Shown here piece by piece: positions 30,597-43,164 of a stretch of 64,000 bases of DNA. This DNA is from Octopus vulgaris (lineage: Eukaryota), in assembly GCA_951406725.2 (NCBI GenBank), contig OX597824.1:50282001-50346000 (forward strand), given 5' to 3'. Numbering within the stretch: position 1 is the first letter of the stretch; every line of letters begins with the position of its first letter. Under the pieces are notes generated by a model. It was not told the DNA's origin and did no database searches. It saw only the letters and a program-made list of their open reading frames with translations. The position numbers were made by a program, and so were the translations under genes.

Positions 30597-31966
30597 CTTT
30601 CACGCAGTTTCTATCAATTCAATTTCATTCACAACACGAGGGTTATCTCAGGGCTATAGAAAATGACATTTGATCACGGGGCTACGTTGTGGGATCGAAC
30701 CCAGATCACATGGTTGTGAAGAGAACAAAAGCATCTGCAATTACAACTAAACAAGGCGAACAAGAACAGCGTGACAGCAGCCGGGGCAACAACAGCAACA
30801 GCAGTGGAGGCGCAATGGCCCAGTGGTCAGGGCAGCGGACTCGCGGTTGGAGGATCGCGGTTTCGATTCCCAGACCGGGCGTTGTGTGTGTTTATTGAGC
30901 GAAAACACCTAAAGCTCCACGAGGCTCCTGCAGGGAGTGGCGAAGACCCCCGTTGTACTCTTTCGCTCCAACTTTCTCTCACTCTTTCTTCCTGTTTCTT
31001 GTCCCCGACTTCCTACGCAACCGCCGAGCATGGATACGCATTCATCCATCCGTCTATGCTCTCGGTGTCGGGGGTTGACCTGCTTTCTCTTCTGCGGGTC
31101 TTACGAATAGCAAAGGACCACGTTTCGGACTTCTCCCACTAATGGGACGAAGACCGCTTCGCTCAACAAACAAACAAACGAACAGCAACAGCAACAGCGA
31201 CACCACCACCACCAACAGCCGTTCTAGAATTTGGACCTGGAGATCTCCATTTCCAGCAACTTCGAGGGCCACCTCCCAGTGGTGTCGGGCGTCAACGAAG
31301 AGCCCTCGACTACAACAAGACCACCAAAGTGTTTTTTCCAAGGTCTGGGGTCTCCCGCCCCTAAGCCCTAGACCATCACCTAATCACCCTTACCCGTCTT
31401 GTTGCTTAACAACATCAACAACAACCAACAACAGCAATTACTACTAGCATAATGGATTTTTTTTTATCGACATACAAGACTCTACTTTTGTTAGGACAGA
31501 ATATGTTCGGTTGAATGATTTCAATGAAGACTGTTTCAATTGAGTTCGTCGATTTTGGAGTGACGAATATCAACACTGACCCTGCTAGGTTGTGAACGTA
31601 ACACTGCGTAGATGGTCATTCAGTACCCCAAAGCCATCAAGGGATTTAAGTATTTTGTGTATGGAAGTTTTTCTGCTAATATGCTTATAGTGTTCCACGG
31701 TACAGTTGATAAGAGTCCTTTTCAGCAGAATGGACTGGAACAACATGAAATGATTCTTGCTCAAGGATACTAGGTACCAACCGGTCAAGGAATCGAACCG
31801 TGACCTAATGGATGGACTCAGCTAACCACAAGGTCACGCAACATCACAGTATGTTGACGAGCGAATTTATGTACTGTAATTCGTTTTGGTCAGCGCTCCA
31901 GAGTGTATGAACTTCCCTGATATTGGAGAGAAAATTTTAATAAGAAGTAGACAACTGAAATAGAAG
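30597..31966 (+). repeat. Local duplication, copy B, with two nested insertions
   Basis: Matches 3968-4702 apart from extra segments at 30804-31193, ~31219-31410 and ~31902-31933. Confidence 0.9.
30804..31180 (+). mobile_element. tRNA-Arg(TCG)-like SINE, family D, tail type 2, with 13-bp TSD
   Basis: Same head as 12613-12923, (AAAC)n tail, TSD AACAGCAACAGCA at 30791-30803 and 31181-31193. The empty site is visible at ~4160. Confidence 0.9.
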
Positions 31967-32194
31967 AAATGCTTAAAGAGAAAGAGAGAGGCATATACAC
32001 GTAGAAATAAAGAGAGAGTCAAACATACAGAGAGAGATGTGAGGGAGAGGGAGAGAAGGGGGAGGGGCGAGAGAGAGAGGAGGAGAAAGAGGGTGAAAGA
32101 AGGGGAGAGAGAGTGAGGTACGTACACATACCGAGATAAAGAGCGAAGCCCACAGACTTACAGAGATAAAGGTAACGAGAGATGAATAATAATG

Positions 32195-32266
<72 letters not shown>

Positions 32267-32713
32267 GAAGAAAGAAAACGCACAAACATGCGACCAGGTT
32301 AAGAATGAGTAAGAAAGAAGGGGGAAGCATAATGCAAGTCAACAATCACTTGTCTTCTGTTGTACAACCATGGTTGTTTGGTTTGGCGAATATGTTTGAA
32401 TGAATGAATGAATGAATGAATGAACAAATGAATGAATGAGTGGTTGGTGTACGATGGAGATTGAAGATTCTGAGGTTGGCTCAATGGATGGCTAGCTGTC
32501 TTCAGTACTTGGAAATATGGATATATAATCGGATTTATGGATGGGTGGATGATCAACTTGGTAGGGAATATACCAGCAGAGATGGTTCAATAAATGCATG
32601 AATTGAACTGTGGTATATATATATATATACAAGAATTTGAGATAGTTTTATAAATGGTTGTTCAGCGATATGGTACAACGTCCTATTGGCTGACTGGATC
32701 GAAAGATAAGAGG

Positions 32714-32756
<43 letters not shown>

Positions 32757-33707
32757 TAGTGATGAACGGATGGATGATGGCATTGGTCAATGGTTGGTTA
32801 GCTAACTGGATGAATAGGTAGTAAGATCGACTGCGCCTTTGCGTTGTGAAACAGCTGCTTTCGTTTCACGTGAATGAAATAAATTAAGGCATTATTCACC
32901 GATATACGACTGGTTCTGAGGTAATTGACGATAAATGGGTGATTGGATTTATTTTCATGTAGTGTGTCAAGATCTCCTAGTTCAACTCAAGGTAACCAAG
33001 CTCTGTTTAAGCTATTGAATATACTTGCAGTTTGAAGGAGTAAATGATATATAATAGCACAACAAGATTCCGTTTGCCGGGAGCAAATGACCCATTTATG
33101 AAGATCTCAATAATTAAGTATACCCCCGCCCTAGTATAATTGACCTTGCTCGCAGTCAAATGATATCGTTACATTTGCTCGCTTTATTATTATTATTATT
33201 TTTTGCCTAATATTTTATGTCTTAAATTTGAAAACACTTTGCTCTAAATGTTACTTTCAAGCAAAGCTTAAATGTAAATAACATTTATCTACAGGATATA
33301 AAAAACGAAAACTTTATGTCTGTATGCATAATTTACGACCAGTTCACCACCTAATCCTTCTCCTTTGCCTGTTCTATTACACTTCTTGCTATATTTTATT
33401 CTATTTCAAACATACATTATATTCATTCTCCCCCTCTCATGCTGTCTGACTGTCTGCCTCTCTCTGCCTTTCATTCATTCTCACACACGCGCACACGCAT
33501 ACATGCAACTTTTCATTTCATCTGATTTCGCGCTCACCCTCGAAAACACTAAACAATATTCGCTTTATGTGGTATGTGTGTATGCGTGTATGTATGTGTT
33601 CATGTGTGTGTCAAACAATATTCTCAACAATATGTAACTTTCATCGTTTAGGACATACGAAATTCGATCGTCTGCTTGGCTTTCTTTCTTTCCCTATCTC
33701 TTCTCAA

Positions 33708-33793
<86 letters not shown>

Positions 33794-34061
33794 CTTTGTT
33801 ACTCACTATCTATCTATTCTACTCTCTCTTTATTTGAGAGTGATGGTGTGCGTGTGTGTGTGGTGTGGTGGTGTGCGTATGTGTGTGTTTGTGTGCTTGT
33901 GTATGTGTGTGCACCTTTAACCTCTAGCATGAATTCGGAGTGCAAGAACGAAGAAAGGTATGCCAAATACCGTACAAAATAAATTTACGAGTTACAAATA
34001 TTACACATGTATACATATATATGTAAACACACACACACACACACACACACTCACATTCACA

Positions 34062-34153
<92 letters not shown>

Positions 34154-34269
34154 AATACGAAACACAGAAGACATAATTCGTGTTTGATTTTTATAAAATA
34201 TACAGTTGTTTCAGTAAATCGATTCGAAAGATTTCACAATTCTTTGGCGAAATGACATAATCTTATCAA

Positions 34270-34930
34270 ATTACCGGTGGATGTCGTTGTCGTCCGTCTC
34301 ACCTTCTTTGCTATGGACAGAAAACCTTGAGATGATTTGTGTCACCACAGAAGTGAATTCTTGGCTTTTTACTCTCAAGGCGACATACAGTTTTGTGTCT
34401 GGAAAATTAATCAGGTGCGGGATGAATTCTATACTTCCTTCATTTGTTTGGATCCATCTTTCCATTCCATGACTCGACCAATTTTTGCTAAAGCCTCAGG
34501 AGCCGTACGATATTAGTTTTGTCCTCTAAGTGGAAGAGGACTGCTGCTTCCAACCAGTAGATGTTTACTTTTGGGGTAACACATCGACTTTTCATTCTTA
34601 ATACCCTACGCTCACGATAGATTGGAATGAGAGCCAGTAAGTCACTCTTTAGTGATTTTGTGAAGTGATCCCTCAACTCATTTCTCTGTTAGGGATCTCG
34701 CCTCTGCTGCGCTGTATTTTCCCCTAGCAATGTACGGTTGGTCTGAGGCACATTTCCATTACCTGATGTGTAGTAGCCTACTCTGTTTTCCATCAATTTA
34801 GTCCTATGGATTTATAAGCTACAGTTATGAAATTCGTTTCTCGTGCGATGAATTGTGGTATATTTAATTTCACTTTCCACGCAGAACTTGTTAGGATGCT
34901 TTTCTCTTTTTTAAAATCTCGAGGTGATGA
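34270..34930 (-). pseudogene. Degraded gag/ORF1-like relic with CCHC knuckle
   Basis: Manual translation gives KVKLNIPQF, YIARGKY, LALIPIYRERRVLRMK..YWLEAAV, and after a frameshift KKPR(I)HFCGDTNHLKVFCP. Motif order matches the 54943 ORF. Confidence 0.6.
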
Positions 34931-36381
34931 TTATAATACTTCTACCTGGCGTACGGTACCGAAGACCCGCCGACGCTATAATTGCTGGTCTCGGTGTAAT
35001 TGTTTCGTTTTATTTTGGTGTAGTGGCGGTGGCAGTGGAGGTGGAATTTTCAGGTGTGTTGAATGGACAGTTTGAATTTCATCCTTTCTGTTTCTCATGC
35101 TCATTGTTGTTGATATAATTGATTTGTTTTGGTCGGTACTACTGGTGGTGGTGAGAGTAGTGGTGGTAGAGGTAGTGGTGCTTTCACATGTCTTTTCATG
35201 TGTTATATTCGCCAACGTTGCTGTTCTTGTTACTGTTGAAATTGCTATTGTTATTCCTGTTGTAGCGTTAACAGGTTGTAGTGGGAAAATTGTGTTGTTT
35301 TGGCTATTGGAAAGCTAACTGTTCTCGAGATTTGTGAACCCGTATTGTTGGTTTTTAAATTTGAAAAGCCGCTATTTTTCAAATTTTTACACACGTAAGT
35401 CCGCCATATTTTCGAAATTTTACGAAGCCAACTAGATTCAGAGAATGCTGGTGAGTTTAATAACACAATAGTACAACGAAAAGCCAAAGTACTATCAAAC
35501 AAGCAAAATCAGTAATAGCTGACGAGTTCCAAAACGACGTCATTCACCTGCAAACAGCAACTACAGAATCAACAACAGCAACAAAAGAAATTATAAGTAA
35601 AGCTGCTTCAAATAAATAAATAAAAACAAAAATAAAAGTAAAGCTGTGAGAAATTTTGAACAGCATCTCTATGAATTCTGATACTTGCCGGCATCCAAAA
35701 ATATTGGCACAAACACTACACACTTTTAAAATCACCAAACCGAGACGTTGGAAAATAAATTTACAAACATCCCCATGAACTTCCGCGTCGACCTATGCCA
35801 ACGACAGCCGTTGCGACGACACTGATGAACGAGAATAAAAATTCGATACACCGAACTGTTAAGGAGGTTGTTAAGGACCATCTATTATGGGTAGCCGGAG
35901 GGGCCAGATATAGAGAAGCAGAGGTATTCGAAGTGACCCTTTGGGCTTTTTCAGAGCATGTTTCTCGCGAAACCTTTCAATATTTGCGTGTCATGCAGAA
36001 AGTTTTGTGCACCTAAACATTTTCATATTTATGTATACGTGTTTCTTTTACATGTATATCTAAATCTGTCTGTCTGTCTGTTTGTCTGTCTTTCTGTTCA
36101 TCTATCTATGTATTCATCTGTCTATTTACCTTTATGTAAAAAACGTGTGTATATATGTGTTTGTGTTCTTGTACATACATACATATATATGTACGCACAC
36201 ACACACGCATACATTCACACATACTCGCGCTCATACACACACATACACACACACAGACACACACACATATATATATATAAATACATACATACATACGTAG
36301 GGGGAGAATTCACGAAAAAAAACAAAAGACGAAGACAGGTGGTGTAGAAAACAAACAGATGTATTACTATAACGCTCAAGA

Positions 36382-36435
<54 letters not shown>

Positions 36436-36903
36436 TGTGTGTGTGTACATAATCTCATTCACACGCACACGCATATACAGGCAAACATATAGCCAGATGT
36501 ACGCGTATGCCTAAGTCTTAAACTCTCTATATATCTGCACGCATGTGTACGTATATGCATGCATATGTTACATATAATGAAAGCATGAAGGATAGGAAGA
36601 TTTTTGCATAGATGGTTAGCGGTGATAGCGATGGTAGTGGTGCTAGACGCTATTCATGCTGGTGGAGTTACTGAGATCTTAAAGATTGCGGCTAATTTCT
36701 GATCAAGTGTTATATTTATGACAAACATATGACTTATTTCCCCTTAAACCGAAAAATGTCCGCTAGACCACCAGATATATTGATTGGTGTTGTGGAGTGT
36801 TAGTTTTATCTACATGTCCATTGCCTTCCGGTCTGTATATATATTATTTTTTTTTATTTCCCATACCTGACACACACTCACACACACACACACATACACA
36901 TAC

Positions 36904-36937
<34 letters not shown>

Positions 36938-37169
36938 GCACACACACACATACGCACGCACACACACACGCATACGCACGCACGCATACACAGACACGCA
37001 CACATACACCGAGACACACACACACAGATATAAATGCGTGTGTGTATGTAAAGATGTATATTTATATATCTACGTATATAGGCATGTATGTGTAAGTATA
37101 TGTAAATTTATATATATATGAGTTTGTATATATATACACATATATATGCATATATATACACACATATAA

Positions 37170-37206
<37 letters not shown>

Positions 37207-37344
37207 AATTTATATATATATATATATTCATATATATATATATATATGTATATGTACATATATATATATACACATATATACATATGTATACATAAACATA
37301 TATAGATATATATATATGTATATATGTATATATATACATATACA

Positions 37345-37436
<92 letters not shown>

Positions 37437-37508
37437 CACATCTATGCGTGTATTTGTAAATGTATATATGACTGTATACCTGTGTGTGTGTATGTGTGTA
37501 TGTGTGTA

Positions 37509-37557
<49 letters not shown>

Positions 37558-38012
37558 AGTTATCTATTATTTGTTTCTCTACTTGTTTTTCAGACCCATC
37601 CCTATCGATAAGTTCTTAATAGCGAAGGTATTAAAAATTGTCTTCCTTTGTTTTTTTTTTTTTATATATCTATAACTTCAAACAGCTGTTATTTATCAAT
37701 CGAGTATGGAACAGACCTCTCCATACATGCCCAGACCGACCGAATCGCGAGAAACGTCATTGCCACTTTCACCCCTCTAACACCCATTTCTCAACATCCC
37801 CAAACTACAGCACAGTTTCATGTGTAGAAAGAAAACAAAACAATATGTAAATATATATTGTGACACCGGCTTACAGCTTGGAGGAGTAAGTTAGATACAC
37901 TTCTACACTAGTTTCTTTTTATCAAGTCTCACACCTACGTACTCACAGATGTATAGGCATATGAACATAACTACACACATACACAAGCATATATATATAT
38001 GTATATGTATGT

Positions 38013-38069
<57 letters not shown>

Positions 38070-38100
38070 AGTGTGTGTGTGTGTAAGTATGTGTGTGTTG

Positions 38101-38129
<29 letters not shown>

Positions 38130-38132
<3 letters not shown>

Positions 38133-38285
38133 GCAAAAGTGGCTGTATGAATAGTAGCTTGCTTACCAACCTCATGGTTTCATGTTCTGTCCCACTGCTT
38201 GGCACCTTAGGCAGGTTTCTTCTGCTATAGCCTCGGACCGATCAAAGCCTTGTGAGTGGATACACGAATAAAAGAATAAAAGAAT
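38130..38285 (+). mobile_element. SINE family A, internally deleted, with an uninterrupted target site
   Basis: GTGGCTGTATGAATAGTAGCTTGCTTACCAACCTCATGG. Confidence 0.75.
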
Positions 38286-38417
38286 ATATATATATCGTGA
38301 CGTATATTTGCCATTTGAATATGGCTAACCCCTAAGGGTGGATGCTACTGTAGTTTGTAGCCCCAGGAGGACACATGTGTTGCTGCTACTGTTTATAACT
38401 CGCTCTGAGATTTATCA

Positions 38418-38475
<58 letters not shown>

Positions 38476-38541
38476 GGTCCCGGGTTGATTCGGGGTTAAC
38501 CACAGTAAATAAGGTACTCAATACATAGCAGAGTAAAATTA

Positions 38542-38672
38542 ATTTATTATATAGAAGGAGCTTCATCAGGACTAGAACTGTTTCATTCAAGAGAAATCTT
38601 CAGGAAGCTCCTGAAGATTTCTCTTGAATGAAACAGTTCTAGTCCTGTAGAAGCTCCTTCTATATAATAAAT
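38542..38672. ncRNA. 131-bp palindrome formed by two head-to-head hammerhead ribozyme motifs
   Basis: 64-bp arms with 2 mismatches and an AGC loop. Each strand reads CTGAAGA tttctcttgaat GAAA CAG ttctagtc CTG TA/AT gaagctc. Confidence 0.8.
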
Positions 38673-39293
38673 ATATATATATATATATATATATAGATAT
38701 ATATAGATATATAGTTAATCTACCTACGTGTAATGTTTGTATATATGTATGTGTGTGTATGTATGTATATGTGCGTGTGTTTGTGTGTATTCGTATATTT
38801 CACTGTATGAAATCTTTAATTTCTGTCCTGCAAATGCTGTATGGCTGAATGGTTAAGAACTTTACTACGTAAACACCTGAGTCTGGATTCGGATTCGTGC
38901 GTGGCCTCTTGGGCAAATGTCATTACCTACAGATAGACCATCTTATGAGTGGAAGTGAGTCGATGAGAACAATATAGAAACTCGTGGGTGGATTGGATTG
39001 TACTTGAAATAGAAAAGGTATGGTCTAAGTTTTTGTGGAATACTTGGGCGCTATACAATTACTTCACGTGCTGACAATTTAGCTTATTGGATAACTAAAT
39101 CCTCATCGTAGAACGATGGAGATAAACTTCCTACTTTTATAGAAATGTCCGCAGTTTTGATGATAGGTTTATGCTAGTATGTATATATATATATATATAT
39201 AGGGTAATTTCAAATATTAGAAATTTCAATTACCAGTGGCCTAGCGTGTAAAAAATTTAGTCAATAGTCTATATATTATTCATATAATATATA

Positions 39294-39363
39294 CCTGTTG
39301 AAGAAGACTTCGCGTAGCAAATTATTTTATTTGCTAAAAAATGTCTGAAACCATTGGTCCAGG
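39294..39363 (+). ncRNA. Type I hammerhead ribozyme with extended stem II (U3 variant)
   Basis: cctg TTGAAGA agac..tagcaaat/atttgcta..gtct GAAA CCATTG GTC cagg. Confidence 0.7.
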
Positions 39364-39488
39364 AGTTAGATTGTAAATGTTTTTACTTTTGAATCCATTC
39401 GAAATTTCATCCCCAATAGTGGTTTGGAATTTAACTGTCCTCTCTAGCGTGCAGGTAGATGGATACCTCTTTTGTGTTTAAATGTACA

Positions 39489-39524
<36 letters not shown>

Positions 39525-39534
39525 TAAAGACTCC

Positions 39535-39780
39535 CCCATTGGTTACGAATGACCATTGGGCAATGGCCCATGCATGTCAATCTCCTTTGTTCTAGGGAAA
39601 GGCAAGGCTGACGACGCAACTTGGTACCAGTGAGAACACAACTCATTTCTAAAGCTGAGTGAACTGGAGCAACGTGAAATATAGTAACTTGCTCAAGGTT
39701 GCAACACACAACCCAGTGTGGAATTTCCCAGGCTCATGATTGTAGGCCCAGCGCCCTAACCACTGAGCCATGTGGCTTTC
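39535..39780 (-). mobile_element. CORE-like tRNA SINE, family C
   Basis: Related to 46668-47000; sense head CACATGGCTCAGTGGTTAGGGCG. Confidence 0.75.
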
Positions 39781-40006
39781 ACTTTCTATTTATGAGCCAT
39801 TTAACACGCTTTTCTAGGCATGTGTTCTCATACATGTAAAGGTTATGAAAACCCCTTTCGCTTACACACACAAACACACACACACACACACGTATGAATT
39901 AAAGATAAGGGTAAGTATGACAGATACAGAAAGAGAGAGAAACAGAGAGAGACAGACAGAATGAGAGAGATAAAGATAGAGAATAGATAGATAAATAGAT
40001 AGATAA

Positions 40007-40142
<136 letters not shown>

Positions 40143-40213
40143 AGAGAGAGAATGAGAGAGAGATAAAGACAGAGACAGATAAAGATATAGACAGACAGAT
40201 AGATAAAGAGAGG

Positions 40214-40288
<75 letters not shown>

Positions 40289-40848
40289 AAGTGAGTGAAA
40301 CACTGAGGGACAGATAATGTATGCAGAACAGGCCATTTGAGGCAACCCAGTGAACTAGTTATCCGTAACTTACTATTTTAAAATACAATCTCTAAGCTGA
40401 AAACACAATGTTGGTGCATGATTTGTCTTTCGATTTTTTGTGTTAAACGGTCCATATTTAAATTGTCTTAAATTACGTTTTTTGGTTTGTTTGTTATTTC
40501 CCTCCAACGATTTCATAATTATATGTTATTACCACCAAGACGACTGTGTTGTTGTCTTTCCTTCCAGGAGAAATTACTCTTCAATCATGTTGTTTTCTTT
40601 CCGTTTTGTTATTCAGTTTTTCAGGCATCCAATCACATTTCAAAGTTATACTGTTCGTATATTTAAGAAGCGAGTAGAAACAACGTTGACCCATTTCTGT
40701 ATTGGTACATGTATGTATATGCTTATGTGTGTGTATGTATATATATATCTATATCTTTATATATATATATATATATATATGAGTGTATATACATATATAT
40801 GCATGTATGTATATAAGTACACATGCATGCATACATACATACATACAT

Positions 40849-40951
<103 letters not shown>

Positions 40952-41312
40952 ACCACACCTCATTTTGGGATTTGTTTTGCAAGATTCTTTATGTGGTGTG
41001 GATTCGTGTGTTGAAACATATTTTGTTGTGTCTGGCGAGTACACGCTCATTCACTTATTGTTTTCCTAAAATTTTCGTTGCATCTTGCAACCTTTTCAAT
41101 AGTCGTTGACTCCGTCCGTTATCCTAGTTGCGTTCTTCTTGTTTGTTTGTGCGCATGTGGGTCAGTGTGTGTACGCATACACATGTATGTATGTATGTAT
41201 GTATGTATGTATGTATGTATGTATGTATGTATGTATGTATGTATGTATGTATGCATGTGTGTGTATGCATGCATGTGTGTGTGTGCATGTATGTGTGTGT
41301 GTGCGTATGTAT

Positions 41313-42900
41313 ATATGTATGGATGTGTGTCTCCATATGTGTCCTTGTGTGAAGTGAAGTGTGTGTGTATATGGTCATTTGTTTCAGTCTTCATTTGCGT
41401 ATGTATGTGTGTATGTGTGCTTGTCTGTTCACATTACCTATGTACCTATCCGTCTGTATGTCTATCTGTTTACATTCATATCCATTTACCTACATACATG
41501 TGCATGTACATATATGTGTACATATACATACACACACACATACCTGCACTTACATAACAGCCCCAAAACTAGTCTACCTGTATATAAATATAAACAGTAA
41601 TGTAGAAATTGAGAGGAACATATGGAGAGCATACAGCGAGTAGCTAACTCCATCCACCAAAAAATCAAGGTAACTATAGATTACCCCACTTGACACCTCA
41701 ACAATAGACTCCCCGTCCTTGATACTGAACTTTGGTTAGAGACTTCACTTTTATTACATGAAACCAATAGCTTCGAAATATATTGTTCACAAGATCTCAG
41801 TTTTGTCACACAACAGGAAAATTAACATACTGATAGCAGACTTAGTTAGAATAATGAACAACGTGCCCTCACTATGTAAACCCTATGACACGAAAAAACA
41901 TGTACAGAACTTCTTGCACCGCATGCAATTCTCTGGATATAATGAGAAAGATAGGGTTCGGGTATACAGGGGTGCTAGAAAAAAGTTTGATAACATTATA
42001 TGCAATGAAACCAGTGGTACCTGCCCTTATAAAAGTAAAAACTGGAATAGAATACAAAGAGCTTGCAACAAAGCAAACTGGGTGAACACGTGATACAAAA
42101 CCGACAAATATCAAGGAGTGATGTTTGTAGAGGCCACAGCCGATGGAGAACTAGCCAGTAGATTTAGGAAAGCTCTGAAGACGGGCAAACTCAATATTAA
42201 GATCGTTGAAAAGCCAGGGAACTCTATCAGATCACCGCTATGTAGGACTTACTCCTTTGAGAATACCATATGCAGCAATGATAACTGCATGGTATGTAGG
42301 ATTAACCCTGGCATTAAATGTAAAACTAGAAATGTAATCTACAGCATAAGGCTCATAGAAGGTGCTTGTAAAGACATAACCATGACATACATATGAGAGA
42401 TATCTAGGAGCATTGGGGAAGGACGAAATGAACATTTGAGACAATATGACGACAGAAAACAGTCATCCATACTCTACCAGCATGCCAAGGACCAATATGG
42501 AGGCAGCCTGGGTTAACTTGACATCCTGCATTTTATCTAAGCACCCAAAGGACCCAACGCTCAGACAAATACAGGAGTAAGTCCTCATAAATGAAACATC
42601 CCCAGTATTAAATAGGAAATATACATAATAGATAACATACCCCCATACCCACAGTTTACACAGGTAGAGTAGAATAGTTAGTGGGCTGTTATGTAGATAG
42701 ATGTATGTATTTGTGTGTATGTGGGTGTGTATATATATATATGTATATGCACATGTATGTAGATAAATGAATATGAATGTAAACAGATAGACTCACAGAC
42801 GGATAGGTACATATGGAGACTCACATCCATACATACAGACACAGTACATAGTCACAAACTGGAGTTGAACTAGGGACAGCTGATGAAGGGGATTTTTCCT
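41313..42900 (+). mobile_element. 5'-truncated Penelope-like element (RT C-terminus plus GIY-YIG) with inverted pLTR
   Basis: Encodes LPVLDT, YMKP, MQFSGY, KIVEKPG, CSNDNCMVC and RNVIYSI...YI.E. Segment 41313-41570 is the reverse complement of 42675-42836. Confidence 0.85.
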
Positions 42901-43069
42901 TGTGTAGTTTGTCTAGTACTCTGTTTTTTCTTTGTAAAAAAAAGGTTCGTTCCATGCTTGTTTTTACGTTTTCGTTCTCGTTGAGTTCTACGTCTATTTG
43001 TGGTGTCCTGTACTCACGTATATATGGTTATATATGCATGTATATATACATGTAGATGTAGGTACGTAC

Positions 43070-43102
<33 letters not shown>

Positions 43103-43164
43103 TGTATGTATGTATGCATATATTTTATTTATTACATACATACATACATGCACACACAAAAGAG

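Noticed and set aside
31110-31165. HDV-like or hammerhead ribozyme in the SINE D tail
   Set aside because: Only a hairpin and a GAAAC on the minus strand are present. I could not build a CUGANGA core or a nested pseudoknot.
42880-42910. Hammerhead at CTGATGAAGGGG
   Set aside because: No downstream GAAA or stem III. At most a remnant.
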